This document shows positions 24,940-38,843 of a DNA stretch of 64,000 nucleotides, in pieces; position 1 is the first letter of the stretch, and each line of letters starts with the position of its first letter. The DNA comes from Callorhinchus milii (taxonomy: Eukaryota). The stretch is taken from positions 104,658,001-104,722,000 of the forward strand of contig NW_024704742.1 of assembly GCF_018977255.1 (NCBI RefSeq), written 5' to 3'. Position numbers and translations under genes: made by a program. The notes beneath the pieces were generated by a model, which saw only the letters and a list, made by a program, of their open reading frames with translations, made no database searches and was not told where the DNA came from.

Positions 24940-26229
24940 CTTAAAAAAGGAAAATTACATTTAAAATAAAGTAGTGTAGAATGTCAACATCAACAACTTA
25001 CATTTATATAACGCCTTTCACATCAGGAGGATATCTCAAAAGCGGTGAGAAGGCACTGATGGGAGCTGTGGAGAAGATCTTGTTGATATTGAACTGAAAA
25101 AACTTAATCGAGCTCATTCAGGTCTTAATGACAACTGGTCAAAACAACACTGGTCCTAGAACTAAGGGAAGAGGCAGAGAGATAGAGTAGGATGTCATCC
25201 TAGTATATGTGTTAATGGACTCCATCCCTGCGAATTACATCACCAAGCGAGAGCATATAGATGGTGAAAAGGAAAAGAACAAAGATAGAGCCCTGAGAAC
25301 AACTGCAAATTACTGTGAGTGGCAGGAAGAAACGCCCTTGGAAGAGACCAAGGGAAACAACATCAGTCATTGGACCTAGAAGCACGATTTGAATAATTGA
25401 ATAAGATAACCAGCCTGGTTACCTTTGCCCTCAGCCAGCCACATCGTGGTTCTTTTAACTGTTGTAGCCTTGCCTTTTGTGAGGTTCTGCTTGATTGTTA
25501 AAGTCTTGAGTGATTCAGGTTGTTAAAATGAGCAAAATGAACAATAAGTTTTTGTTATAGTCATTTTGTTATATGCCTATACCAGTGGTAGCCAATCTTT
25601 AGGTTTGGTCAACAAAATAAATTTCCTTGATTGAATATTTCTTGATTGATGGCATGAATCAAGAAATATTCAATCAAGAAAAAACTGAAAACACACCACC
25701 GATCAAACACAAGTTTATCTAAACTCGTGCAAATGTTCAGGCGGACGTTTTGATGGCGCCTTGGGTCCCTCCAGCCCGCAGACCACAGGTTGCCAAACAT
25801 ATTCTGTAATTAACTTAAATTAGTTTTAATAAATAAATTGATAGCTGTGGGGGACAAGGCTGCTCTGTCACACTGACAACTAATCACTCTACACAAGCGC
25901 AGTGTTTATTGGTGCAGGTTCTCCTGGACAGAGAACCCATAGTGGATCCGCAGGACTCATGCCTTCATAGTCACTCTGAATAGTCACTGAACTCTTTTCC
26001 TTTGAAGTGCCGATACATCAGGAGTTTACTGTACTTCTACTTTTTTGCACAAAAGACTGGTCATTTGCCATGTCGATCAAGTGATGAACAGTAACTCTTT
26101 AGTAAAATAATCCTTGGATTTAGTCATCTATTCATTTGAAATCACACACTACTTTTAAGATTATGATTCTTCAAAACAAGCTTTAGATTATGTGAGTATA
26201 AACCTTTAAAAACATAAGAGGCACTGTAC

Positions 26230-26272
26230 CTTGCAAGACCAATACCAAAACCAGCAAACCTATTTATTTGAT
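26230..26272 (-). CDS. SLC25A46: SLC25A46 exon 2 (D)QINRFAGFGIGLA(S)
   Basis: 43-nt exon with CAG acceptor and GT donor; peptide matches QLNRFAGFGIGLAS. Confidence 0.96.
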
Positions 26273-26451
26273 CTGCAAAGAAACAAAAAACAAGAGAAAA
26301 TATTAACATACTACAATTTACATCGAATTACATAGAATATACTGCAAAGAAACAGGCCATTTGGGCCAACTGGTCTATGCCAGCGTTTATGCTCCACATG
26401 AGCCTCCTCCTGCCCTTCCTCAACTAAGCCTATCAGCATAACCTTCTATTC

Positions 26452-27265
26452 ACACTAGTGTGGATGCACACTCCACCTCACCAAGCCATTCAGGGATCTA
26501 GGCGTCTTGTTCGCCCTCAACTGTCCTTTCTCTCCCACATTTTTGCCATGACCCACTCTGCCTTCCCCCAACTCCACAACATTGCCTGACTCCGCCACTG
26601 CCTCATCCCTCAGGCTGCCGAAACCCTCATACATGCCTTAATCACAACCAAGCTCGACTATGCCAACGCCCTACTTGTAGGCCTTCCCAACTCTTTCCTC
26701 TATAAGCTGCAGATCATCCAGAACTCTGTAGTTTGTGCCCTCTCCCGCACCAGGCTCCATGACCCCATCACACCCACCACTGCCCGGGTTCACTGGTTCC
26801 CCTACCTCCACATCCTTCAGAGGATCGAGTTCAAAATTCTCGTCCTCACCTTCAAGCCCTCCATGGCTTTGCCCCCCCACCTCTCCGACATGCTAATCCC
26901 TTATCAACGTGTCCGCTCCCTCTGCTCAGCAGGCTCCAGCCTGATCCGTGTCCCCCATTTAGCCCGCCCCACCATTGGTGGTCAGGCCTTCAGCCTCGCT
27001 GCCCAACCCTCTGGATCTTCATCCCACATTCCCTTCACCTCGCTTCCTCCCTTGCCTCCTTCAAGACACACTTCAAGACCCTCCTCTTCGACTGTGCCTT
27101 TAGCTACCCTCCTACCCTCTCTACCCTCCACCCTTCTTGCCCTCCACCATCCCTGATCCCAGCTCCCATCCCCGCTCGAGTCCTAATTCCTGACTATTCA
27201 GCTCCTTGGGAGGTCCTCCCGACGTGAAAGGCAATTTACAAATGTAATTTTGTATTTTTGTATTC
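26452..27265 (+). mobile_element. L2 LINE 3' portion inserted in a CR1 tail
   Basis: LDYANALL...HWFP...IEFKILVLTFK motifs; CR1 tail pieces 26320-26451 and 27261-27330 are contiguous across it. Confidence 0.88.
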
Positions 27266-27496
27266 CTTTCTCCCTCATGTACTTCTCTATCTTCCCCTTA
27301 ACTGCATCTATGCTATTTGCCTCAACTACACTTAAATTTCTTTAGCTAAGTGCATATTTTAACAATTTTGGTAGTGCTCAACTCATAACAGTAACCTTTA
27401 TTGGGGGCAAGGAGGAGCAACTTTTTTGAAGTTAAAATGGCAACTTTATTCAAGCATAAAGGTAAAGGAAGATAAGATGAAAACCCACCCAGTGAT

Positions 27497-30400
27497 CTGG
27501 GCCAATATAAAAGTGCAGCTGCAATTTTTCTGCAGAATCCGCTACAACCAGTGCCCTCCACTACAAAAACCACGAAAAATTTCTGGCGCCCAGGCCTCTC
27601 CATATTGCTGCCAGCTATTTACCTGGCGTTACTGTGGGCAGAGTGGCTACGGATCCGCGTGTGCAGTGCGGCATAAGAGGTAAATGGGCTTCACTACATT
27701 CACTACTGAAATTGTCTGTGTCTCTCTCTCTATGTGTTTGTTAGTGTGTGTCTCTGCTCATTATGGGCGATTTTCAACCTTCATTTCAACTCCTCCTGCC
27801 CCACTTCCTCTGATTTCACTGCACTCCTCTCCACCCTAAATCTCACCCTCCATATAAACTCCCCGTCCCACAACCGTGACCATCCCCTAGATCTCATTAT
27901 CATCCATGGCTTAGATATCAGAGAAGGCCACCCCTAGACCACTTCCTCGTCTCCCTCTCCTCTCACATCTCTCTTCCCTCCATCAAGACCTCCACCATCT
28001 TTTTCCACCCATGAAAAGGCTCCCCCACCCAGCCCAAGACCCTCACAAATGCTCTTGCATCCTCAGACCTCCTCTCCCTCTGGCCTTCCACCCACTCGAG
28101 CGCAGCCAGCAGAAAACCAGCCTCACAGTTCACCACCAGCTGTGGCTCAAGCACCTTCACATCTACCACCGCTCTCTCTCGCAAGCAAAAACTACGTAAG
28201 CTATACTACTCAGATCATTCTGGAGGCCAAAATTAACTCAAAATCCTATTCTCCACCATCTCCTCCGTGCGTCCCGACCCCTCAATCATTACACCAAACA
28301 CCAAGCATGAAGAGATCATGTAGAAAACATCCAACTGGTAGCCTCATCCTCCTGCCCCATGTCCTCATATCACTCCCCCCATTCCATCTCCTTCACCCAC
28401 CAAACCCCCAACCCCAGTTCCTACTACGGCCCCCAACCTACATTCCTTTGCCCCCAGCTCTCCTTCCTCCCTCTCATCCTCCATTACCCTGATGAAACCC
28501 ACCATCTGCTGCCTCGAACCCCTCCCCACCCAGCTGCTGATCACCCAGCTCCCCTTCCTCTGCCCACATCTTTAATCAGTCCCTCTCCTCAGGATCAGTC
28601 CCATTCCCCCTCAAAATCTCCATCATCACTCCCCTCCTTNAAAAACCTACCCTCAACCTCTTCAACCTTGGGCACTACTGCCCTATCTCAAACCTGTCCT
28701 TCCTGGCCAAAGCTTTGCAATGAGTTGTTGCCAACCAAATTTGCGCACACCTCTTCCTCCACATTCTATTCAAACCCCTCCAGTCCAGTTTCTGCTCTGC
28801 CCCAGTAGTCAACGTTCGTGAAAGTCACAATGTCTTCTCTATCTGTGACCAGGGCTCCCTGTGCCTCCTCGTCCTCCTGGACCTCTCCACCACGTTCGAC
28901 AGTTGATCACATCATCCTCCTCCACTGCCTCTCCTCCATCATCCACCTCAGTTGTACTACACTCGCTTGATTCGATTCCTACCTTACAAACTGCCAGCTC
29001 TACATTCACGCAAATGGTTTCTCTTACCGCCCCGCCCGGTCACCTGCAGGGTACCCCAAGGCTCCGTCCTTGGCCCCCTCCCTTCTCTTCCTCAGCTATA
29101 TGCTCCCTCTCAGTGATGTCAACCGCAGACACGGGGTTAACTTCCACATGTATGCAGATAACATTCTACTGCTCCTCCTCCTCCAGCTGAGACCCTCAGT
29201 CCCCTGATGTTCTGTCAGCTTGTCTGACAGACATCAAGGCCTGGATGAGCGCAAATTTCTGCAGTTAAAAGCCATACTCTTTGGCTCCCGTCAACATATT
29301 TTGCCCTACGATTCCGATCTCCTCAACCTACCCTATCTGTCCTTAAAACTCTGAACACGTGTGCAAATTAGGTGTAAGGTTCGATCCCCAGTTATCCTTC
29401 CTCTCACACATCCGGTCCCTGACTGTCAAGACTGAGATAGATATATTTCTTATTGCAAAAGGGATTAAGGGATATGGGGATAAGGCAGGGTCAGGTTATT
29501 AGCTGGAGTTAGATTAGAAGATCAGCCATGATTGAATGGCGGGGCAGGCTCGAAGGGCCGAATGGCCTACCCCTGCTCGTACATGTTATGCTCTGACCAG
29601 TACAGCTTTCCTCCACCTCTGCCACATTGCCCATCTCCGACAATACGTCACTCCACAAGCTGCCGAAACGCTTGTCCATGCCTTCTTCAACTCTCGGCTG
29701 AACTACTCTCACGCCCTCCTCGCCTGTCTCCCCTCCTCCACTACTCACAAAATTCAACTCATCCAATACTCCGCCGCCCACATTCTCACTTGCGCTAAAC
29801 TCTGCACCCCAATTACCCCAGTCCTTGCCAAACTCCACTGCCACCATATCACAGAGTGGATCAACTTCAGCATCCTTACTCAAGTTTTAAATCCCTCCAC
29901 GCCTTGGCACCCCTCTATCTCTCCAACCTCCTCTCTCCTCATAGCACTACCCGCGGCCTCCTCGTCTCTCGAATATCCTCCACTCCACCATCGGCGGCCA
30001 TGCCTTCAGCTACTGCACCCCAAACCTATGGAACTTCCTCCCTCAATCCCTTTGCGTTGCCCCCTTTTTCCCCATTTACAGGTTGCGCCTGAAGAGCTTG
30101 CCTATGGTCACCTTCCCCCCACCCAGCCTCGGCATTGGGCTCCATCACTGATTAGTGCTCTGGGACGCCACCCGGCGTGGATGGCACTATATAAATACAA
30201 GTTGTTGTTGTTTCTGCGTGCGGCTCTCTCCCCTGTATGCGTTTGTGAGTGTCTCTATGTGAGTGCGTCTTTGTGTCTTTCCCCTGTCTGGGTGTGTTTC
30301 TTTGTGTATGAGAGCGTGTGTCTTTTTCTCTCTCTCTCTGAGAACATGTGTCTCTGTGTCTGTGAGTGGAGTTTCTCTCTCTGGGTCTCTGTCTCTGTGT

Positions 30401-30747
30401 GCGCTGCAGGGCCCTGAGAGGCAGGAGATGGTGAGCTCCTGTAGACCGACTGGTCCTGAGTATCTGTATTGTGGCAGATCTCCAGGCCCTTTGGGACTGA
30501 GTTGGTGTTCTCCCGGCCGCAAACAGGCCACCCACTTTTTGTTAAAGAAATTCATTTTTAAAATTGCAACAGTCTAATATTTGTTATATGTGTCCTGTTT
30601 AGTTTTTAATCAATAAAGTGAAAAAATGTAGGTTGGCAGTAAAATGTACCTCAATAAACTCCCTGCAAATTTCCACAAAATGTCAAATTTCACAGCAATT
30701 ACCCACAAATTGTTGGCAAATATTGCCACACTTTTCTATTGACCCAG
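27497..30747. mobile_element. TIR-bounded non-autonomous DNA element split by L2 (second copy 32865-34245)
   Basis: Left end CTGGGCCAATATAAAAGTG and right end CACTTTTCTATTGACCCAG are inverted; internal segments are shared with 32865-32955 and 33860-34245. Confidence 0.55.
27760..30210 (+). mobile_element. Decayed long L2 LINE (endonuclease to RT to 3' tail)
   Basis: GDFNLH (~27767) and HPLDLII APE motifs, YxxISNL, PQGSVLGP-like, HMYAD, C-terminal domain and tail; many frameshifts; CR1 tail inserted at ~29420-29592. Confidence 0.85.
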
Positions 30748-30867
30748 CCAATGACAATGGTATGAAGTTAATTTATAATTAACTTCATGCTCTGCTGAAT
30801 GTGCCATTTTCAGAAAAAAGTCAAATGTTACTAGTTAGACACTCATACTGTCAACATAATGTTTTAC

Positions 30868-32420
30868 AATAACAACAACAAAATTACATTTGTATAGCGC
30901 CTTTCACGTCGGGAGGACATCCCAAGGCGCTGGACAAGCAGGGTTTCTGAGCTGGGGTTAGGATCAGGGAGGGTGGAGTGGGGGGGAAGCAGGGTGATCG
31001 AAAGCACGGTCAAAGAGAAGGGTCTTAAAGGAGGAAAGGAATGGGGTGAGCCGGAGGGACTGTGGGATGGAGTTCCAGAGGGTGGGAGTAGAACGGCAGA
31101 AGACCTGCACCCAATGGTGGGGTGAGCGAGGCAGGGGACGTGAAGCAGGCCGGAGCCCGCTGAGCGGAGGGAATGAGCAGGATGGTAGGGGGTTCAGGAG
31201 GTCACAGAGGTTGGGGGAGCAAGGCCATGGAGAGCTTTGAAAGTGAGGACCAGGATCTTGAACTGTATCCTCTGTGTGATGGGAAACCAGTGGAGTCGGG
31301 CGAGGATGGGGCTGATAGGCTCACGGGAGAGGACACGAGCTGCAGAGTTCTGGATGATCTGAAGCCTATGGAGGCAGGAGTTGGAGAGGCCAACAAGCAG
31401 AGAGTTTGCATAGTCAAGCCTCGATGTAATGAAAGCATGTATGAGGTTTTCGGTGGCCTGCGGTGTGAGACAGTGGTGGAGCCGGGCGATTTTGCGGAGA
31501 TGGAGGAAGGCAGAGCGGGTCATGGCGCAAATGTGGGAAAGAAAGAATAGCTGAGAGTCAAAGAAGAGCCAGGTTTCCGGACTGGCTTAATAAAGTAGAG
31601 TGTGCAGCAAATGGATGGTGATGCTGTCAGTGCCTGAGGTGTGGAGCCAATCAGGAGAGCCTCGATCTTGTTGACATCAACTGAAGAAAGTTAACTCTCA
31701 TTCAGGACTTGATGTCTGACAGACATTCTGTCAGGACAGCAGTGGTCCTGGAGTCCAGGCTGGAGGCAGAGAGGTACAGTTGGGTGTCATCCGCATACAC
31801 ATGGAAGTTGATCCCATGTCTGCGGATGATGTCACCACGAGGGAGCATATAGATATTAAAGAGGAGGGGACCACGGACAGAGCCCTGAGGAACACCGCAC
31901 GAGAGGATGTGGGGACTAGAGGAGAAACCGTTTGTGGAGATGAAGTGGAGGCGGTGTGACAGGTATGATCTGAACCAGTCAAGGACAGAGCCGGGAAGGT
32001 TGAGATAAGAGGAGAGGCGGTGGATGAGGATAGAGTGGTCGACGGTGTCGAAGACAGCAAAAAGGTAAGGAGGACAAGGAGGCAGAGGACGCCCTGGTCG
32101 CAGATGGACAGAATGTCATTTGTCACTTTGACCAGGGCTGTTTCTGTGCTGTTAGTGGCACGGAAACCCAATTGGAGGGGTTTGTGAAGGGAGTGGCGGG
32201 AGAGGAAGGAACAAAGCTGGGAAGCAACAACATGTTCCAGGGCCTTGGAGAGGAAAGGGAGGTTGGAGATGTGGCAGTAGTTTGGGAGTAGAGATGGGTC
32301 CAGGGAGGGTTTTTTTAAGGATAGGAGCGATAACGGCAGTTTTTAGTGGGGTCGGAGCAGTACCAGTGGACAGGCTTATGATGTCTGTGAGTAAAGGGGC
32401 AAGGAGTTGGAGCTAGGAGG
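30868..32420 (-). mobile_element. L2 LINE (RT + 3' end), frameshifted
   Basis: GFRATNSTETALVKVTNDIL, PQGSVRGP, YADDTQLY, RLDYANSLLVGL. Confidence 0.92.
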
Positions 32421-32954
32421 TGGAGCTTTACTTAATGAATGGTTTCCCATAAATTTGAGTCACGATGACTACACACATTTCATAGTTCTATGCATGTGAT
32501 CTGATTAATGCAGGCAGTTACTGTAGTTAACAGTAATAAAACAAAGAATACTGTAACAGCTGTATTCTGCAAAAGCAGGCTAAAAATAGCTAACATGCGA
32601 AGAAAGCAGATGTAAACACTTCTCTTCCAGAACAAACCTGGCAGTTTTTCCTCTCGTGCATTCATATTATACAGTGCAGTGTACATGTAACAGTTTATTG
32701 TGAACATGCAGTTGCATGTTTTTGAAGTAAACAACAAAAAGTTATTTTACTTAGACTTTTCGTAAATGAAAAAGCAAAGTATATATGTTTATTTTATTGC
32801 TGTCTGACCCACAAGGGAGCCCCTTGCAATGCTCAAAGAGTCTCCGGCTTCAGCTACACATAACCTGGGCCAATACAAAAGTGTGTGTGCAACTTTTCTG
32901 CAGAATCCGCTACAAACACCCACTCCACTCCCTCCGCTACAAATCCCCTCCGCT

Positions 32955-33720
32955 ACAACATTACATTTATAGAGCGCCTTTCACGTCGGGAGGACGTCCC
33001 AAGGCGCTGAACAGTCAGGTGTCGGGGCCCGAGCATGGGGTAGGGGCGGTGTAGGGGCGAGGGAAGGCAGAGAGGTGGGAGGGAAACCAAGGGCACAGTC
33101 AACGAGAAGGGTCTTGAGACCGGCCTTGAAGGAGTCAAGGGAGGAAGCGAGGAGAAGGGACCGTGGGACGAGTTCCAGAGTGTGGGGGCAGAGAGGCTGA
33201 AAGCCCGGCCACCGATGGTAGGGCGGGTCGGGCGGGAGACATGGAGCAGGCTGGAGCCCGATGAACGGAGGGAGAGGACAGGTTGGTAGGGGGTCAGCAG
33301 GTCAGAGAGGTAGGAGGGGGCAAGGCCATGGATGGCCTTAAAGGTGAGGACGAGGATCTTGAACTCGATCCTCGGGGGGATGGGGAGCCAGTGCAGTCGG
33401 GCGAGGGTGGGAGTGATGGGGTCACGGAGCCTGGTGTGTGAGAGTCTGGCAATTTTGCGGAGGTGGTGGTAGGCAGTGCCAGTTTTGGCGCGGATATGGG
33501 GGAGAAAGGACAGATCAGGGTCAAACAAGATACCCAGGTTCCTGACTGGCTTAGTGAGGTTGAGTGTGCAGCCGTGGAGGCTGATGCTGCCAGCACCTGG
33601 GGTACAGAGGCACTGGCGCGAGCCAATCAGGAGGGCCTCGATCTTGCTGATGTTGACTTGGAGAAAGTTGGCCCTCGTCCAGGACTTGCTGTCGGACAGG
33701 CACTTGGTCAGGACGCCAGT
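32955..33720 (-). mobile_element. L2 LINE 3' portion
   Basis: ORF 32953-33528 FDPDLSFLPHI...LHWLPIPPRIEFKIL. Confidence 0.9.
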
Positions 33721-34964
33721 AAGTACAGTGTGCTTGGCCCTAGGCCGAGACCGGCCTTGAAGGAGGCAAGGGAGGAAGCGAGGCGAGTGGCTCTAGACAC
33801 ATATGCACGATGAGGCTCGTGCGGGAGATGGGCTTCGCTCACCCTGAGACCCCACTGTTGAGACTCTCTGTGCGTCTCTCTCTCTCCTGTATGTGGGGTG
33901 TCTGTGTTGTCAGTCTCTGTGAGTGTGTCTTCCTCCTGTTTGTATGTGTGTTTGTTTGTGTGTGCCTCGCTCAGTGTCTGTGAGTGTGTCTCTCTCTTTG
34001 GGTCTCTGTGCCTGTATGCAGTGGCAGCCCCGAGAGGCAGGAGGCAGTGACCTCCTGGAGCCCCGCAGTCAGGACACCGGTAGCTTGGCGAGTAATGCTG
34101 GTGTCTGGTGGATATCCAGGCCTTCAAATGTAGTGCAGGGTGGAAACGGACCATTCGATGCTTTGGACCTGCGCATTAATAATTTGTTTTTGCAACAATC
34201 TAATAGGTTGTATTTCTTCATGTTCAATTTTTATCAATAAAGTGAACAATAATCCTCCGGATTAATTGGTCATTCACTTCATGGCTGTTTGTGAAACTTG
34301 CTGGTATAAACAACTTCAGCACTTGATTAAAAAGTGTCATTACAGTTGACAGATCAATTTCAAGAAACTCACACTTGGTGCACTGGCATCTCCCTACTTT
34401 CCAACTTCACACCCCACTCCTCTACCAACCCCCTTCGCTAACCTGAGTCCAGACTCCTGCATGTCCCTCACCCCTCCATCATCAGCAACTATGCCTTCAG
34501 CCACTTACACCCTGAGACTCTGAAATTGTCTGCCTCAAACCCTCTGCTTGCCCCCTCCTTGTCCATAATCAGATCACCTAAAGATCTTCCTCTTCAATGA
34601 TGCCTATGGTCATATTCCTCTCTCTTGTTTGGCATCAAGGTCCACCACTGTTGAGCACTCCCGAGACACTATCCCACATGAAGAGGCTGTACAATTCCAA
34701 GTTGTTAACAGTGCTATAAAAATGCAAATTCATTCTTGCTTCTATTCCAACCCCCATTGCCAATGTTCACCTCACTCCAGAATTCTTCTCTGTCCCTGAC
34801 AATCCTGTCCCTTTCTCTCCTTTATCCCATCTCACACAATGATAGTATTTTTTAACTTTCCAAGGAATCAAGAAACACATTTTTTAAGGTTGTAATTATT
34901 CGCAATTGAGGCTTTCACATGGATTAGTAATAATCTTTCATAAAAATAAGATTGTGAACAGTCA

Positions 34965-36990
34965 CAACAACATCAACAAAATTACATTTATAAAGTGCCT
35001 TTCACGTCGGGAGGACATCCCAAGTCGCTGAACAGTCGGGGATCAGGACCCAAACGTGGGGTGACAGAGTTGGGATGAGGGAGGGCAGATAGACTGAAGG
35101 CCTGGTCGAAAAGGAGGGTATTGAGTCATGCCTTCAAAGATGCAAGGGAGGGAGCAAGGCAAAGGAATTGAGGGATGGAGTTTCAAAGGGTGAGAGCAGA
35201 AATGCTGAAAGCCCAGCCGCCAATGGCAGGGTGGGAGTCGTGAAGCAGGCCGGAACCTGCTGAACGGAGGGAGCGGACAGGGGCTCAGCAGGTCAGAGAG
35301 GTAGGAGGGGGAAAGCCAAAGAGGGCTTGAAAGTGAGGACAAGGATTTTGAATTGTATCCTTGGTGTAATGGGAAGCCAGTGGAGCCGGGTGCGGGTAGA
35401 GATGATTGCGTCACGGAGCCTAGTGCGGAAGAGGATACGAGCTGCAGAGTTCTGGATGATGGAGTCCTGTAGCTCAGTGGTTAGAGCACTTGCTTTGCAA
35501 GTGAGACACCTGGCTTCAATTCCAGGCAGGGCGAAACCTTGGGCAAGTTTCCTGAAAAGCGCTATATCAAATGCAAGGATTATTATTATTATTATCTGCA
35601 GCTTGTGGAGGGAAGAACTGGGGAGACAAGAAGGGAGTTTCTGGAGTCGAGCCTTGAGGTGACGAATGCATGTGTATGACGGTTTTGGCGGCCTGAGGGG
35701 TGAGGCAGTGGCGGAGTCAGGTAATGTTGCGGAGATGGGGGAAGGCGGGAGAAGGTGGGGTTATGGTACTGATATGGGGGAGGAAGGACAGTTGAGGGTC
35801 GAACAAGATGCTCAGGTTCCTAACTAGCTTGGTGTGGTGTGGTGGAGTGTGCATCCGTGGATGCAGGCCCTGGCGTGAGCCAATCAGGAGTGTCTTGCTG
35901 ACACTCAGCTGTAGAAAGTTATCTCTCATCCAGGACTTGACGTCTGATAGACAGTCTGTCAGGACATCAGCTGTCCAGGAATCGAGGGTGGAGGCAGAGA
36001 GATAAGAGTTGGGTATCCTCCCCGTACATTTGGAAGTTGCCCCCATGTCTGCGGATGACTTCACCAAGGAGAAGCATGTAGAGGTTGAAGAGGAGGGGAC
36101 CGAGGACAGAATCCTGAGGAACACTGCACAATACTGTGTGGGGGCTGGAGGAGAAACCGTTGACAGAGACAAATTGGAGACAGTGTAAGAGGTAAGACCT
36201 GAACCATTCAAGAACAAATCCTTGAAGGTTGAGGCGAGAGGAGAGGCGGTGGAGGAGGATGGAGTGGTCCACGGTATCAAAGGCAGCAGAGAGGTCGAGG
36301 AGGACGAGGGAGCCCCGGTCACAGATGGAGAGAATGTCATTTGTGACCTTGACCAGAGCAGTTTCCGTGCTGTAGGCAGCACAGAAATCTGATTGCAGGG
36401 GCTCATAAAGGGAGCGGTAGGAGAGGAAGGAATGAAGTTGGGAAGCAACAACTCTTTCAAGGACCTTGGAAAGAAAAAGGAGGTTGGAGATGGGCCGGTA
36501 GTTGGAAAGCAGGGATGGGTCCAGGGAAGAATTTTTCAGAATGGGGGTGATTATAGCTGTTTTTAGTGAGGTCGGAACAGTGCCAGATGATAGGGAGAGA
36601 TTGATGGTGTCGGAGAGTAGATGGACAAGGAGCTGGAGCTGGGAGGTAAGGAGAGAGGTGGGGATGGAGTCGAGGGAGCGGGTGTTGTATTTCATGCTGG
36701 ATATGGTGGTGTTGAGAGAGGAGGGGGAGACAGATTTGAAAATGTGGAGGGAGGGATGGGTCGTGGTCAGAGTGAGAGGGGGGAGATGAGGAGGGTGTAT
36801 CGGTTGGGAGAGCGGAGGCAGCTGAACGGATCCCCTCGATTTTGGACTCAAGAAAATCCAGTGTCTCCTCAGTCAGAGCTTGAGAAGAGAATGGAATGGG
36901 CGAGGTGTGGGAGGGTGGATAGAGGAGCCGGTTGGAGGTGGAGAATAGGAACCTGGGGTTGTCCTTTACTTCCAAGATTATCTTGAAGTA
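34965..36990 (-). mobile_element. L2 LINE (RT domain + 3' end) with SINE insertion
   Basis: ORF 35967-36851: NYRPISNLLFLSKVLERVV, LLDLSAAFDTVDH, VPQDSVLGPLLF. Confidence 0.93.
35461..35594 (+). mobile_element. Internally deleted SINE inserted in L2
   Basis: Head through GCAAGTTTCCT joined directly to GAAAAGCGCTATATCAAATGCAAGG(ATT)n. Confidence 0.88.
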
Positions 36991-38804
36991 GAAGGACCAT
37001 TTAGGAAGAACTAAAGGTAAGACATTAAAAGCTGAATCAGGGCCATGCTATTGTTGTATGTGTCTGCTATTTTTAAGTGAGTCCTTCCCAAAAAAAGTAA
37101 TAAAATTGGTCACTTCAATCCACGATTGTTTGTGGGACACTGCTGCTGCGTTTCACCCACAAATATACAGTCAATTCACTTTACAGTACATTCAGTGAAG
37201 TGCTTGAGATGACAAGAAGACATGAAAAGTGCTATATCAAATGCAAGGATTATTGTTACAAAAAGAAAACCACTGTAATTAGCCTTTGATCTGTAATCAA
37301 GATACTTGCCAGCAATAATCTCATCTATATAGATTCATAGAATGTTACGGCACAGAAGGAGGCCGTTCGGCCCATCGAGTCTGTGCCGGCTCTTTGACAG
37401 AGCAAGTCACTTTCACTAACCCCAATCACCAGCTTTCTCCCCATAACCCTCCAAACCCGTCTTCCCCAGACACCTGGGGAATGACATGATATGAATGACA
37501 TTCTGAAGAAATACTAAAATAAGTTTGCCATCAACTGAGTCTACAATGAAGTTAGGATCAAATGTTAGCAAACAGATTAACCACACTTAACCTCAAGTAT
37601 CTGCATGTTTAAAATATATAACAGACCTCACCTCAAATGATCTTCTGCTTTTAAATATTTTTACTTTGAAGAACAAATATTACATTTGACCGCTTTTCAA
37701 TTACTTCAATGCAGGTCACATATAAACTTTCTCTATGCCTGACCACCTCCCTATATCAGTGATCTCCTACCTCACTCTTCTACTTGGCCCCTCTGCTTGC
37801 TAAGCTGAGGCCCACTGCATATCCACCACCTCGCCATCAGTAGCCAGCAACTTTAGAAACTACCCACCCAACCTCCAGATCATATACATCTCCTTCGCCA
37901 CGAATATTCACCACTAGTCCTTAAATCCTGCCTAAAAATCTACGTCCGACTAAATTGATGGTCACCTCCCCTTTTACCCTCCTCTCTTCTCAGCAACTGG
38001 CATCATCACTGTGAAGTGCTCTGAGAGGTTCAATGTGAAAGCTGCCATGATCTGCCATGCAGGAAGCCAAACCTGCAGTCCAATGACCTGCAACTGAAAC
38101 TGGGGAACAATTTTTTTCATGGACCAATTATACTTTATTTTAATGCACATAAAACATCACATTATAAAGGGGTGGAGTTACCCTGTATAAAATCTTTCAT
38201 TTACATCGAAACTTTCACTTTCTATGTATGTCTCAAAGCAATTTACAAAATATAATTGATTACAACAGCAGGAGTGATTAGAAATTAAAATGAATAGGCA
38301 AATCTTTGAATGCCTTTCCACTGTTTACTCTCCACCCCCCCTTGACTTCCACCCTTCTCTAATAATAATAATATAATAATCCTTGCATTTGATGCAAGGA
38401 TTATTATATTATGTTTTGTCAAAACAAAGCAGGGGCAGGATTGATGTTTGGGGTTCAAGATTTGATGTTTGTTGCTAATTAAAACTTTTATTCCACAGAA
38501 ATAAGTGGGGGAGAGGAAGAAACAGAAGGTCTCATTAGTTTCATATAGTAGCTTATCATGTCATCAAAACATGTCTAAGCATTTCACTGTAAAGTGAAGT
38601 AACCATGTATTTTGCAGACAGTAATTTCCCCACAAAACAACCAGGAAGTGAATAATAATTTTATCTACCAGACCTGGAGTGCCAGACCTGGAGTGCTCAG
38701 TTTAACAAAATGCAAAATACTACAGATGCTGGAAACCTGATACAAAAACATAAGTAGTTGGAAACACTCAGCAAGTCAGGCAGCATCTATGGAGTAGGGA
38801 AATT

Positions 38805-38843
38805 GAGTCACCGTTTCAGGTCCACGACCCTTCGTCAGCACTG
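38805..38843 (-). ncRNA. Minimal hammerhead ribozyme motif (degenerate)
   Basis: CAGTG-CTGACGA-A-GGGTC-GTG-GACCT-GAAA-CG-GT-GACTC: CUGANGA and GAAA intact, U16.1 changed. Confidence 0.6.

Noticed and set aside
29536..30417. 293-aa ORF
   Set aside because: Chimeric read-through of a CR1 tail, an L2 C-terminus and a TG/TC low-complexity tract.
35967..36851. 294-aa reverse transcriptase ORF as an active or novel RT system
   Set aside because: Ordinary L2 ORF2 fragment with frameshifts and a mutated catalytic motif (YGED instead of YADD); 5'-truncated.
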